A stretch of DNA of 64,000 bases from an uncultured Gemmatimonadaceae bacterium. Lineage in GTDB: Bacteria; Gemmatimonadota; Gemmatimonadetes; Gemmatimonadales; Gemmatimonadaceae. Below are positions 25,348 to 34,228 of the stretch, in pieces (the first letter of the stretch is position 1; each line of letters begins with the position of its first letter). Under the pieces are notes generated by a model. It worked only from the letters and a program-made list of their open reading frames with translations, ran no database searches and was not told the DNA's origin. The DNA lies in assembly GCA_963761305.1 (NCBI GenBank), contig CAVXGK010000001.1, positions 1,344,001 through 1,408,000 of the forward strand, given 5' to 3'. A program made the translations under genes and the position numbers.

Positions 25348-27942
25348 CTAGCGGCGCCGCTTCCCACGCTTGTGGTCGGGCCCGCGCTTCTTGAACTCCC
25401 CGCGGGCCTGCTTCGCGTGCTTCCCGCGCCGCTTGTCGTGCCGCTCCCGGCGGCGCTCGTCCGCGGCGCGGTCCATTTCGGCGAGCTCCTGCTCGGTGAA
25501 CGGGCGGTCGAGCTCCTCCTGCAGTTCGTCGAGCGTCGACGCACGCGCGGCGCCGCGGACGCCACGCGTCACGATGAAGCGCAGCGGTCGGTCGAGCGAC
25601 GGCAGCTCGGACTCGGTAAGGTTCCGCGCGACCTTCTCGGGAATGCGCAGTCGCGCGACGCCGACGGGTTTGCCTTCCGCCGTTTCTTCGACGTCGTAGT
25701 GGATCTCGACGTCGCGGCCGCGCACCGACGCCATCGACGGCAACGCGGCGTAGCGCGCTCGCACGGCCGCCGGCACGATGGCGTCGGCGTCGATCGACAC
25801 CGGCGTGCGGCGGAATTCGGTGAACGAATTCACCCGCGCCAGCTGTTGCTCGTACATCGCGACGAGGTCGGCGTAGCTCAGACGCGGCGTCTCGCCGCCG
25901 GAGCGCCGATACGTCTCGCGCACCGAGTCGATCGCGGCCTGACTCTCTCGCGCGCCGGGATGCCGCGCTTCGCCGCGCGCCAGCGCTTCGGCGAGCGCGT
26001 GTCGCGCCCGGTCGGCGAGCGACTCCGGAAAAACATCAATGGGTTCGACGTCGCGCTCGAGCTCGAACCCGTGATACTCGACGCGCCGCCGCACCGTGAG
26101 CGGCGAGCGCCGATGCTCGGCGTCGTACACGACCTCGGGATCCGCCACCGTCGCGAATTCACGAATGACGTCGCCCGGCAGCTGCGTCCCTTCGATCGAC
26201 GCGCGCGGGTTGCCGAACCGGTCGGCGAAGTAGCGGAGGTCGCCGGCGATGGCGCCCCAACTCCCGCACACACTCGTCTTCGAGACGCGCGCTTCCTCGC
26301 CCCACGGCGTCTGCTCGTCGACGACGAGTGAGAACGGCAGGATGTCGGCGACGAGGCGGCGGAACGCGCGCAGCGTGTCGTCGCCCGCGCGCGACATCTG
26401 CGTGGGTAGCCCGACGCCGACGGCGCGATAGACGCTCGCCATGCCGAGCGCGGCGTCCTCGATCGCCTTCACGAGCGCGCCGCGCCGTTCGGCCCAGCGC
26501 TGGATGCGATCTTCGTCGAATACGTGGCGCGGCAGCTCGTACACCATGCCGAGGGTGCCGGCCTGCTGGTACGCGTCGGCGTAGAGATTGTACGCTGTGA
26601 GGTGATCGCTGCCCGGCACGACCAGCCCCTCGAGATTCCGATCGTCGCGCGTCATCCGGTGCAGTGACTCGATGGACGCCATCACCGCGACGTGCGGCAG
26701 CAGCTCGTCGCCGCCGTGCACGAGCAACTCGGCCCAATTCCGCTCGACCGGCATCGCCTCGACGGCACGTCCGTACGTCGTGAGCCGGCCGTTCTCGGCG
26801 ATGCCGCGCTCCTCGAGCAAGGCGAGCGCGCGCCGGTACGCCGTCTTGTCGAGCGGCACCGGCAGATCGAGATCGTCCGCACGCACGCCGAGCGCCGCGC
26901 ACGTGATCGCCACGCGCTCCGAGTCGCCGGCGAGCTGAAACTCAGGCTCGGTCGGCTCGAGCGAGTCGAACTGGATGTCGCGGTCGGAGAGGATGAACAC
27001 GCGCCCGCCTTCGACGCGACCGTGCACGCGCCCGGCCATCTGCAGGATCTCGTTCGCGCCGAGGTGCTCCTGCGTGAGCACGTTGCGACCCTTGTCGATC
27101 GCATTGAAGAACTTCACGTCGTCGATGATCACCGTGTCGAGGCCGCGCACGTTGAGCGCGCTCTGCCCCGCCGCCGTCATGGCGAGGAAGAACGGCTTTC
27201 GCTCGCCGCCCTCGAGAAACGGCCGGAGTATGCGGACCGGTTCGCCGCCGTGGTAGAACGCCGTGTTGATGCGCGGCGCGGAATAGCGCACGTGCTCGGC
27301 CGCCTCTTCGACGCCGCGCCGCGTCGGCACGAACAGCGCGACGCCCCGACGATCCTTGCCGAGCTGGCGCAGAAAGCGATCGTCGAGGAACTCACGCGCC
27401 CGTTTTCGCACCACGCGCACCTGCGCCGCGCGGGACGGATCGAAGTCGTACACCTGAAGCACGTCCGACGAATTCAGATACTTGGCATAGAAGTCCGGGT
27501 TCACCGTCGCCGACAACCACACGAAGCGGCAGCCGACGCGTTTCCCGAGCGCGAGACACAGCTCGAGCTCGGCCGACGTCTGATGGATCTCGTCGACGAT
27601 GATCGTGTCGCTGCGGAGGATGTCGCCTTCCTCGAACCAGCGCCGCGCGATTCCGGTGGTGACGATGATGACGTTCCAGGTTGGCGTCTCGGGCGTCGCT
27701 TCGCGCTCGCGATTCACCACGCCCACCTTCAGTTCCTGCGTCGATAAGATCTCTTCGGCAATCGGCCGAATGGCGAGCGTCTTCCCCGTGCCCGTGCCGG
27801 CGACGATGCCGAAGCCCTTGCCGCCGCGCGCCAGCTCGCGCACGCGCGCGCCGTGCTGCTTTTCGAGAAACGTCTCAATGTGGAGATGCACCGCGAGCTC
27901 GATCGTCTCGCAGGCGGCGCGGGTGGGCGCGATCACGATCAC
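25348..27942 (-). CDS. SF2 DExH-box helicase, HrpA/HrpB-like (true start possibly near 28044)
   Basis: GTGTGKT, DEIH, LSAT, LFVPTR, QMAGRVHGR, and HA2-like region LTTYGRAVEAMP. Confidence 0.85.
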   Translation of the reverse strand: MIVIAPTRAACETIELAVHLHIETFLEKQHGARVRELARGGKGFGIVAGTGTGKTLAIRPIAEEILSTQELKVGVVNREREATPETPTWNVIIVTTGIARRWFEEGDILRSDTIIVDEIHQTSAELELCLALGKRVGCRFVWLSATVNPDFYAKYLNSSDVLQVYDFDPSRAAQVRVVRKRAREFLDDRFLRQLGKDRRGVALFVPTRRGVEEAAEHVRYSAPRINTAFYHGGEPVRILRPFLEGGERKPFFLAMTAAGQSALNVRGLDTVIIDDVKFFNAIDKGRNVLTQEHLGANEILQMAGRVHGRVEGGRVFILSDRDIQFDSLEPTEPEFQLAGDSERVAITCAALGVRADDLDLPVPLDKTAYRRALALLEERGIAENGRLTTYGRAVEAMPVERNWAELLVHGGDELLPHVAVMASIESLHRMTRDDRNLEGLVVPGSDHLTAYNLYADAYQQAGTLGMVYELPRHVFDEDRIQRWAERRGALVKAIEDAALGMASVYRAVGVGLPTQMSRAGDDTLRAFRRLVADILPFSLVVDEQTPWGEEARVSKTSVCGSWGAIAGDLRYFADRFGNPRASIEGTQLPGDVIREFATVADPEVVYDAEHRRSPLTVRRRVEYHGFELERDVEPIDVFPESLADRARHALAEALARGEARHPGARESQAAIDSVRETYRRSGGETPRLSYADLVAMYEQQLARVNSFTEFRRTPVSIDADAIVPAAVRARYAALPSMASVRGRDVEIHYDVEETAEGKPVGVARLRIPEKVARNLTESELPSLDRPLRFIVTRGVRGAARASTLDELQEELDRPFTEQELAEMDRAADERRRERHDKRRGKHAKQARGEFKKRGPDHKRGKRRR

Positions 27943-28047
27943 GCGTCCCGTCGGCGGCTCGGCCGCGACGAACGCGTCGTGTTCGGGGATGTACTTGTCG
28001 CGGACCGCTCGGATCGCGCGAGACTGCGACGACGGCGTGGTGACCGC

Positions 28048-28413
28048 TTACTCCGGTGGATGTCCCGGAAGAATCGCCGGAGGCTTCACGCCGGTGAAGC
28101 CCTTGGCTCCCGGCGGGAGCTTGTTCTTGTCGCCTTGCTTGGTCTTGGTCGAGTCGCCGTAGTCGTCACCGAACAGCACCTTGCCATGCGACGGCCGGTT
28201 CTTGATGGCCGTCGGGCAATCGGTCACGGCGGGCTGCTGAGCGGCCGGCACGTTCTCGAGCCAGATGCGGCACATCCCTTTTGGCGGACGTGAGTCGGCC
28301 GGCACCGCGGATTCATTTTTCCTCGCGCTGTCTTTTTGGTTCGCGTGCTGCGCCAGTGCAGGCGCTGCGTTCGCGACGAATCCGACGATGAGTACTGCAA
28401 ACACCCGCGTCAT
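28048..28413 (-). CDS. Small secreted hypothetical protein
   Basis: ATG 28413 with GGAGG RBS; signal peptide; PPKGMCRIWLENVPAAQQPAVTDC Cys pair. Confidence 0.7.
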   Translation of the reverse strand: MTRVFAVLIVGFVANAAPALAQHANQKDSARKNESAVPADSRPPKGMCRIWLENVPAAQQPAVTDCPTAIKNRPSHGKVLFGDDYGDSTKTKQGDKNKLPPGAKGFTGVKPPAILPGHPPE

Positions 28414-28461
28414 CAAGCCTCCATCCGCTACCCGAGGAGCCGGGTGGCGATGACCGTATTG

Positions 28462-28478
28462 GGCAGGGCCAGTGCCAG
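28462..28478 (-). promoter_or_regulatory. Putative sigma-54 promoter
   Basis: CTGGCACTGGCCCTGCC (TGGCAC, GG-N10-GC) about 50 nt upstream of ATG 28413. Confidence 0.5.
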
Positions 28479-28604
28479 GGCCCGCCGGCGGTGTCGCCCG
28501 CGGAACACTAACGATTGCAACGACTTGGAGGAAACACTGTATACAGTCGAGCCCCGTCGGTGTCACCGACGTGGGAAAGCGGTGTCCGTACCGAGTGACG
28601 AACA

Positions 28605-29684
28605 TCAGTCGCCAAAGCTGACACCGGTCGCACGCGCGGTGAGCACGAGGTCGTGCGTCGGGTCCACACGCTTCGGATCGCGCAAAGCTTCCTTAATCGG
28701 AATCGTCACGATGTGCGGCGACTGCAGCGCCACCATGTGCGCCCACTTCTTCTCGGCGACCGCGCGCACCGCCGCGCCGCCGAAGCGCGTCGCCAGCAGA
28801 CGGTCGTAGCCCGTCGGCATCCCGCCGCGCTGGAGATGGCCGAGCACCAGCGAGCGCGTCTCCTTGCCGGTGCGCGCCTGAATCTCCCGCGCGATCGGCT
28901 CGCACAGCCCGCCGATGCGGCGCGCTTCGCCCGGCAGCGACTCGCCGAGCGTCGATGTCGTGCCGCCTTTCGGAAACGCGCCCTCGGCGACGACGACGAT
29001 CGAGAAATGACGGCCGGCGCGATCGCGCGCGTCGATCTTCTCGCAGACTTTCTCGATGTCGTACGGAATCTCGGGAATGAGGATGACGTCGGCGGTGCCG
29101 GCCACGCCCGAGTGCAGCGCGATGAATCCCGCGTCGCGCCCCATCACTTCCATGACGATCACGCGATCGTGCGACTCGGCGGTCGTGTGCAGCTTGTCGA
29201 TCGCTTCCATCGCCGTGTTGACCGCGGTGTCGAAGCCGAACGTGGTGATCGTCCCGCTCACGTCGTTGTCGATCGTCTTCGGCACGCCGACGATCTTCAT
29301 CCCCTTGTCGCAGAGCTGTTGGGCGATGAGAAGCGAGCCGTCGCCGCCGATCGAGATGAGCGCGTCGATCCCCAGCCGCGCCGCGTTCTGTATCAGCTCG
29401 TCCGAGCGATCCTCGCTCGTGATCGAGCCGTCCGGCTGCACGCGCGGGTAGTGAAACGGATTGCCTCGGTTCGTCGTGCGGAGGATCGTGCCGCCGAGGT
29501 GCGCGATGCCGCGCACCGTGTCGCGCGTCATCGGGATGACTTCGTCTTCGCCCATCAATCCGGCGAAGCCGCGCTTGATGCCGAGCACTTCCCAGCCGCG
29601 GTCGGCGGCCGAGAGCACAGCGGCTCGGATGACGGCGTTGAGTCCCGGCGCGTCGCCGCCGCCGGTGGAGATAGCGATTCTCAT
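28605..29684 (-). CDS. pfkA: 6-phosphofructokinase (PfkA group III type)
   Basis: GGGDAPGLNAVIR, GGTIL, GGDGS, PKTIDND, EVMGRDAG, LGHLQRGG. Confidence 0.93.
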   Translation of the reverse strand: MRIAISTGGGDAPGLNAVIRAAVLSAADRGWEVLGIKRGFAGLMGEDEVIPMTRDTVRGIAHLGGTILRTTNRGNPFHYPRVQPDGSITSEDRSDELIQNAARLGIDALISIGGDGSLLIAQQLCDKGMKIVGVPKTIDNDVSGTITTFGFDTAVNTAMEAIDKLHTTAESHDRVIVMEVMGRDAGFIALHSGVAGTADVILIPEIPYDIEKVCEKIDARDRAGRHFSIVVVAEGAFPKGGTTSTLGESLPGEARRIGGLCEPIAREIQARTGKETRSLVLGHLQRGGMPTGYDRLLATRFGGAAVRAVAEKKWAHMVALQSPHIVTIPIKEALRDPKRVDPTHDLVLTARATGVSFGD

Positions 29685-29691
29685 CCGTGCG

Positions 29692-29931
29692 CTAAGCGTT
29701 CGCGCCGCGACGCGCCTCCAACAGGCGAATGATCTCCCCCGGCGCCGCGTGTCGTTTCATTTTCGATTTCTCGAAGATCGGTTGGCCCTCGCACGACACC
29801 TCGAACCGGCCGCCGCTCGACGGAACCATTTCGATCTCGGCGCCCGGAAATCGCTGTCGAACCTCGGCGGCCAAACTGGTCGCCCGCGGTTCGTAGTTTC
29901 ACATCGTGCAGTATTCGATCCTCACGAACAC
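29692..29931 (-). CDS. SelT/SelW/SelH (Rdx) family selenoprotein, 79 aa, Sec at codon 11
   Basis: AAGGAG RBS, GTG start; MFVRIEYCTM-TGA-NYEPRATSLAAE...SSGGRFEV...IFEK; CxxU motif with TGA at 29899-29901. Confidence 0.88.
29858..29893 (-). promoter_or_regulatory. Candidate bacterial SECIS hairpin
   Basis: CGAACC-GCG-GGCG-A-CCA-GTT-TGG-C-CGCC-GA-GGTTCG beginning a few nt 3' of the in-frame TGA. Confidence 0.7.
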
Positions 29932-30054
29932 GCTGCGACTCCTTTTCGTCCGGGTTCGGTCACGAATCCACCTTGAAGCATAGTCCGATCCCGCAGCGCG
30001 TCGCGGCGCCGGCGGCCTGAGGTTGCGGGCCCCCACCCGTCTCGCCGTTCGCAG

Positions 30055-30336
30055 TCACCTCGGCACGTGCGTGACCTCCACGAGCCTCGAGATGACCGTG
30101 TCCTGCTTGGCGACCACCTGCTTGAGCGAATCGACGTCGCTCTGCAGTTGCGCGACGTCGCCTTTCACGGCGCTGATCTCGGTGGCCGCGTCGTTGAGCT
30201 CCTGCGCCATGGCCGCCTCGGCGCGAGGGTTCGCGCAGGCAAGCGGGGCGACGGCGAGCGCTGCGCCGATGATGAGCGCAAGACGGCCGGATCTGTGAGG
30301 CCGCGAGGGCGAGCGATGAAGTGAGCGAGGGCGCAT
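30055..30336 (-). CDS. Small coiled-coil lipoprotein (hypothetical)
   Basis: Hydrophobic stretch ending PLA-C (lipobox-like); heptad pattern LNDAATEISAVKGDVAQLQSDVDSL; start uncertain. Confidence 0.6.
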   Translation of the reverse strand: MRPRSLHRSPSRPHRSGRLALIIGAALAVAPLACANPRAEAAMAQELNDAATEISAVKGDVAQLQSDVDSLKQVVAKQDTVISRLVEVTHVPR

Positions 30337-30425
30337 GGGTCCGTGCGGCAGGCGTGGCGATGAAACGGTGTGGTCGGGAGCAAATTGGTGCCGCACGCCT
30401 GACGAGGCGAGGCTGAATTCCATAC

Positions 30426-30893
30426 GTGCCGCACTCGCCCCCGTGTCCGCCGTCGACGGTCGGCCGCCTCCCAACGCGGCCGGGGTTCTCCCTATTGGAG
30501 ATCACCGTGGTCTTGACCATCGTCGCGATCACCTTGGCCATCGTCGCCCCCCGTTTCGTCGCCTTTCGCGACGCCTCCGCCGTGCGCGGAGCGATGGCCG
30601 AGTTGGGCGGGCAGTTCGCGCTGGCGCGGCAGGCGGCGGTTGCACGGCGAGCCCCGACCTCCGTCGTGCTCGACACCGTTGCCGGCGTCGTGGAAGTGAG
30701 GAGCGGCGGTGTCAGGATCACACGGCGGCAGTTGGGCGATGCCTACGGGATCGTTTTGAGCTCGAATCGGGATTCGGCTGTGTACGACGCGCGCGGACTG
30801 GGGTATGGGGTGACGAACCTCACAGTTACAGCACGTCGCGGGCGATTTGTTGACACGTTGACAATGTCTCGGCTCGGGCGAACCAAGTGGTGA
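30426..30893 (+). CDS. GspH/FimT-like prepilin
   Basis: Class III signal G|FSLLE followed by hydrophobic helix; ARQAAVAR; YDARG. Confidence 0.85.
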   Translation: MPHSPPCPPSTVGRLPTRPGFSLLEITVVLTIVAITLAIVAPRFVAFRDASAVRGAMAELGGQFALARQAAVARRAPTSVVLDTVAGVVEVRSGGVRITRRQLGDAYGIVLSSNRDSAVYDARGLGYGVTNLTVTARRGRFVDTLTMSRLGRTKW

Positions 30894-30966
30894 CGCTCCT
30901 TAGGTTTCTGGCTGGGCAGTTTGGGATGTGACGTTCGCCGGCGGGGGGTGGGTTATAGGCAAGGAC

Positions 30967-31506
30967 ATGAGCGACGATGCTGCCGACGTTCAACGCGTGC
31001 TGGCAGGCGACGTTGACGCTTACGCCGCGTTGGTCGACCGATACTACGACCGGTGCGCGCGATTTGCAGTTCGAATGCTGGGAAACCGCGACGATGCGGA
31101 AGATGCGCTGCAGGCGACGTTCGTCCGAGCCTACCGCGCGCTGGACCGGTATCAGGAACGTGACCGCTTCAGCGCCTGGTTGTATCGGATTCTGGTGAAT
31201 CAATGTCGTAGTGTTGCTGCACGCCGGGCCCATAGAGAGCGGGTGTTCGTGCGCGAGGAAGCACTTCTCGCCAACGCACCCGATCGGTCGCAAGGATGGA
31301 CCGGTGAGGACGAGGAGTTCGTCCAACGGGTGTTGAACGAGCTGGACCCGTTGCTCCGAGAGGCATTTCTCCTGAAGTACATCGAAGAGATGAGCTACGA
31401 GGAGATGTCCGCGCTGACTGGTGTCGGCGTCTCCGCGTTGAAAATGCGAGCGAAGCGCGCGTGCGATCGCCTTCGCGAGCGGTGGGAGCGGATCAAGAAT
31501 GACTGA
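30967..31506 (+). CDS. ECF sigma-70 factor
   Basis: DAEDALQATFVRAY, FSAWLYRILVNQC (region 2); REAFLLKYIEEMSYEEMS...ALKMRAKRA (region 4). Confidence 0.92.
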   Translation: MSDDAADVQRVLAGDVDAYAALVDRYYDRCARFAVRMLGNRDDAEDALQATFVRAYRALDRYQERDRFSAWLYRILVNQCRSVAARRAHRERVFVREEALLANAPDRSQGWTGEDEEFVQRVLNELDPLLREAFLLKYIEEMSYEEMSALTGVGVSALKMRAKRACDRLRERWERIKND

Positions 31507-32101
31507 GCCGGATCTGAATCCGTACGTGGAGTGGATCGCCCGCGAGGCGCGGCGTCCCGTCGTCATCGACGCGGGCGCTCGTGATCGCGTCATGGCGGCC
31601 GTCCGTGCGGAGCCGATCCCTCATCGCTCCTTCGTGCGCCGCACCGGCCAGGCGTTCCAGCGATTCGCCGAGCCGCGCGCCCTCACTGTATCGCCGGCGT
31701 GGAGTTCGCTCCTCGCGGCGGGCCTCGTCGGCATCGGTGTCTTTGCCGGCGTGGAAACGACTAACCGGGACGGCCACCCGACGGCCGGGCAACCTCCGGT
31801 TGCTGCTGTCTCGCAGCTCCCGGTTTCTGACACGTTCGTGAAGTTCACCTTCGTCGCGCCGTCGGCCAAGCACGTCACCTTGGTCGGCGACTTCAACGAT
31901 TGGGACGTGTCCAAGACGCCAATGGCCCAAGCGGGCGGCACGTGGACGGTCGTCGTGCCCATGCCCGCCGGGCGCCATCAGTACTCGTTCGTGGTCGACG
32001 GAAAATCGTGGAGCAGCGATCCCAGCGCCCCTTCCGCGCCCGATGACGGGTTCGGCCACACGAATTCCGTAAAGATTGTAGGCAGAGGATCGACTTCGTG
32101 A
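31499..32101 (+). CDS. Single-pass membrane protein with C-terminal CBM48 / AMPK-beta-like domain; putative anti-sigma factor
   Basis: TM WSSLLAAGLVGIGVFAG; VTLVGDFNDW...W...GRHQYSFVVDG..W..DP...DDGFG..NS; overlaps sigma stop. Confidence 0.8.
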   Translation: MTEPDLNPYVEWIAREARRPVVIDAGARDRVMAAVRAEPIPHRSFVRRTGQAFQRFAEPRALTVSPAWSSLLAAGLVGIGVFAGVETTNRDGHPTAGQPPVAAVSQLPVSDTFVKFTFVAPSAKHVTLVGDFNDWDVSKTPMAQAGGTWTVVVPMPAGRHQYSFVVDGKSWSSDPSAPSAPDDGFGHTNSVKIVGRGSTS

Positions 32102-32802
32102 CCTTCGTTCGCGGTCTGGCTACTCGCATGACCGACGTCGTGGCGCGCCATGCGCGCCGCAGCGCCGCGGTGGCCCTCGCGCTCGCCGCAGCGGCCCCCA
32201 TCGTGGTGCGCGCTCAGCAGGATCCCGAACCCGATCGCCTCGCTCGACTCGACGTCGGGAGTCGCTACAACATTCAGCTGATGATGGACTCGGCGGGCAC
32301 CGAGGGTCTTCCCGCGAAAGCCCTCCGCTCCAAGGCCTACGAGGGCATGAGCAAGAAGGCCGACGGCCGACAGATCGTCGCCGCCGTGCGCCGCGAGCTC
32401 ATCGCGCTGCGAATCGCTCGGGTTCAGCTCGGCGACGTCGACGATGAAGAGTTGATGGCCGCGGCCGCCGTCGTCGAAGCGGGCGGAAAGCCGACGCAGC
32501 TTAGCGCGTTCCGATCGCGCGCGAAGAATCGAAGCGACCTCGAGGCGTTCACCATCTGGGCGAGTTTGATGGCGCGCGGCGTCCCCATCGAAGACGCGTC
32601 CTCGGCGATATCCAAGCTGTGGCAGGATGGAGCCGATGACGCCACGTTCGTGAGCTTGTGGAACAACGTGCAGTCCGACATTCTTAGAGGGCTCAATCCG
32701 GGGACGGCGCTACAAAACCGGATTCGAGAAGCCCCCGGTCGGACCCCACCCAGCAAGGGTCAGCCGCCTGAGGGGCAGCAGGAGAGCGAACGCCCGGAGT
32801 AG
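32098..32802 (+). CDS. Secreted alpha-helical hypothetical protein
   Basis: GTGA overlap (alternative ATG 32128); signal peptide ending VRA-Q. Confidence 0.7.
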   Translation: MTFVRGLATRMTDVVARHARRSAAVALALAAAAPIVVRAQQDPEPDRLARLDVGSRYNIQLMMDSAGTEGLPAKALRSKAYEGMSKKADGRQIVAAVRRELIALRIARVQLGDVDDEELMAAAAVVEAGGKPTQLSAFRSRAKNRSDLEAFTIWASLMARGVPIEDASSAISKLWQDGADDATFVSLWNNVQSDILRGLNPGTALQNRIREAPGRTPPSKGQPPEGQQESERPE

Positions 32803-32817
32803 AACGCTCGGAGTGAT

Positions 32818-34119
32818 ATGAACGAGCCGAAGGTTGCCATCATTGCACTGACTACTGCGCTGCTCGTTGCGGTTCCTTCGGGATCGCGACTGGCGGCGCA
32901 GATCGTCTCCAAGCTGGAGGCTGGTCAGTACACGGTGTCCGACGGCGCTCTTCCGATCAGCGCACTCCGCTTCGCTCCGTCGTTCGAGTGGTACCGTCCG
33001 TACGCCAAGATCACCGCGCACGGCTCGGCGTTGCTGTCAGACCAGGCGCTTCAGGTGGCCGACGGCATCGTCTCCGGCACGTTCACCTCGCCGACCGTCT
33101 ACGGCGTGCGCGCCGAAATGCTCGGCAACGCCAGCCGCGCGATGGACGACCGCTCGCTGGGCACCGACCAGGTCGACGTACAGACCCGTGTGCACGTCCT
33201 CTTCCAGGACTACGGTGGGATGTGGTTCGGCGGCGGCGTGGCTCGCCCGTGGCGGGTCGCGGTGATCTCCAGCGCCGACGTGGCCGACGCCGGCGTGTGG
33301 ACGAAGCTCGGCGACATCACGAACAAATTCGGCGTCGCCACCCTCACGACGACGTTCACCAACTTCTCGTTCAGCAAGATCGCCGCTCTTCACGACACGT
33401 TGAGCGAGGCGGTTTCGTGTTCGACCGCGACGCCGGTGGCAAGCGTCGTCGGGGTTGTCGCGGCCGTGCAGGCGCTCAGCATCGCGTCGTCCTCGAGTGA
33501 CGCGTGCGACCGACAATCGCGGTTCAGCGATCTCGAGGCGTCGTTCCACTGGGAAGTCGGACCGCTCGAGCTCACGGGACAGATGGGCCACCGCTTCGGC
33601 AACTCCTACGACGTCACGCCCGACTCGCGTCGTTGGAGCTCGGCCGGTGCCACGATGTGGGTGAGCGATCGTATCGCGTTCGTCGCCGGCGGCGGGCGCC
33701 AGCCGGCGCTCCCCCTCCGCGGCATTGCGGCGCGCTCGTTCGGAATGGCCGGAATGGAGATCGCATACTCGCCGATCTCCAAGGCTGCCATACCGGTTTC
33801 GCTCCCGCACACGGTGCTCGTCCGCACCTTCGAGACTCACCCGGCGACGAACGGCATGGAGAAGATCGTCATCCACGTCGGCGGCGTCGAAGCGGTCGAA
33901 GTGATGGGCGACTTCAGCGACTGGAGTCCGCTCACCCTCACGCGCCGCGGACGCGACCTCTGGGAGCTGGCGCTTCCGCTCTCCCCCGGCGTCCACAGCG
34001 TCAACGTGCGCGTCGACGGCGGCCCGTGGGCTCCGCCGCCCGGCGTTCCGACGATGCGCGACGGCTTCAATGGCGAAGTCGGCCTGGTCGTCGTGTCGCG
34101 AGAGAAAGGCAGCCACTGA
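32818..34119 (+). CDS. Secreted, probably outer-membrane beta-rich protein with C-terminal CBM48-like domain
   Basis: Signal peptide; amphipathic beta strands; C-terminal VEVMGDFSDW...W....LSPGVH.VNVRVDGGPW...DGFNG. Confidence 0.75.
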   Translation: MNEPKVAIIALTTALLVAVPSGSRLAAQIVSKLEAGQYTVSDGALPISALRFAPSFEWYRPYAKITAHGSALLSDQALQVADGIVSGTFTSPTVYGVRAEMLGNASRAMDDRSLGTDQVDVQTRVHVLFQDYGGMWFGGGVARPWRVAVISSADVADAGVWTKLGDITNKFGVATLTTTFTNFSFSKIAALHDTLSEAVSCSTATPVASVVGVVAAVQALSIASSSSDACDRQSRFSDLEASFHWEVGPLELTGQMGHRFGNSYDVTPDSRRWSSAGATMWVSDRIAFVAGGGRQPALPLRGIAARSFGMAGMEIAYSPISKAAIPVSLPHTVLVRTFETHPATNGMEKIVIHVGGVEAVEVMGDFSDWSPLTLTRRGRDLWELALPLSPGVHSVNVRVDGGPWAPPPGVPTMRDGFNGEVGLVVVSREKGSH

Positions 34120-34140
34120 GATTCTGGCTCCAAGCAGCCG

Positions 34141-34196
34141 AAAAACATGGGGAACCGCCTCGGGAAGCCTCCCGATCGCAGTTCCCCAATTTTTTT
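34141..34196. terminator. Probable bidirectional intrinsic terminator
   Basis: AAAAA..TGGGGAAC..TCGGGA-AGCC-TCCCGA..GTTCCCCA-ATTTTTTT between convergent genes. Confidence 0.75.
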
Positions 34197-34228
34197 CTGC
34201 CGTGCGCGTACGAACCCGCTGACCGCCC

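Noticed and set aside
29681..29902. 73-aa ORF, and the reading of the Rdx gene as a nonsense pseudogene
   Set aside because: The 73-aa frame has no motifs; the TGA falls exactly at the CxxU position with a downstream hairpin, favouring selenocysteine
29940..30054. tRNA-Sec or other RNA gene next to the selenoprotein
   Set aside because: No cloverleaf, T-loop consensus or UCA anticodon arm could be built
30378..30393. Sigma-54-like CGGCACCAATTTGCT upstream of the small lipoprotein
   Set aside because: GG-to-GC spacing is 9 nt rather than the required 10
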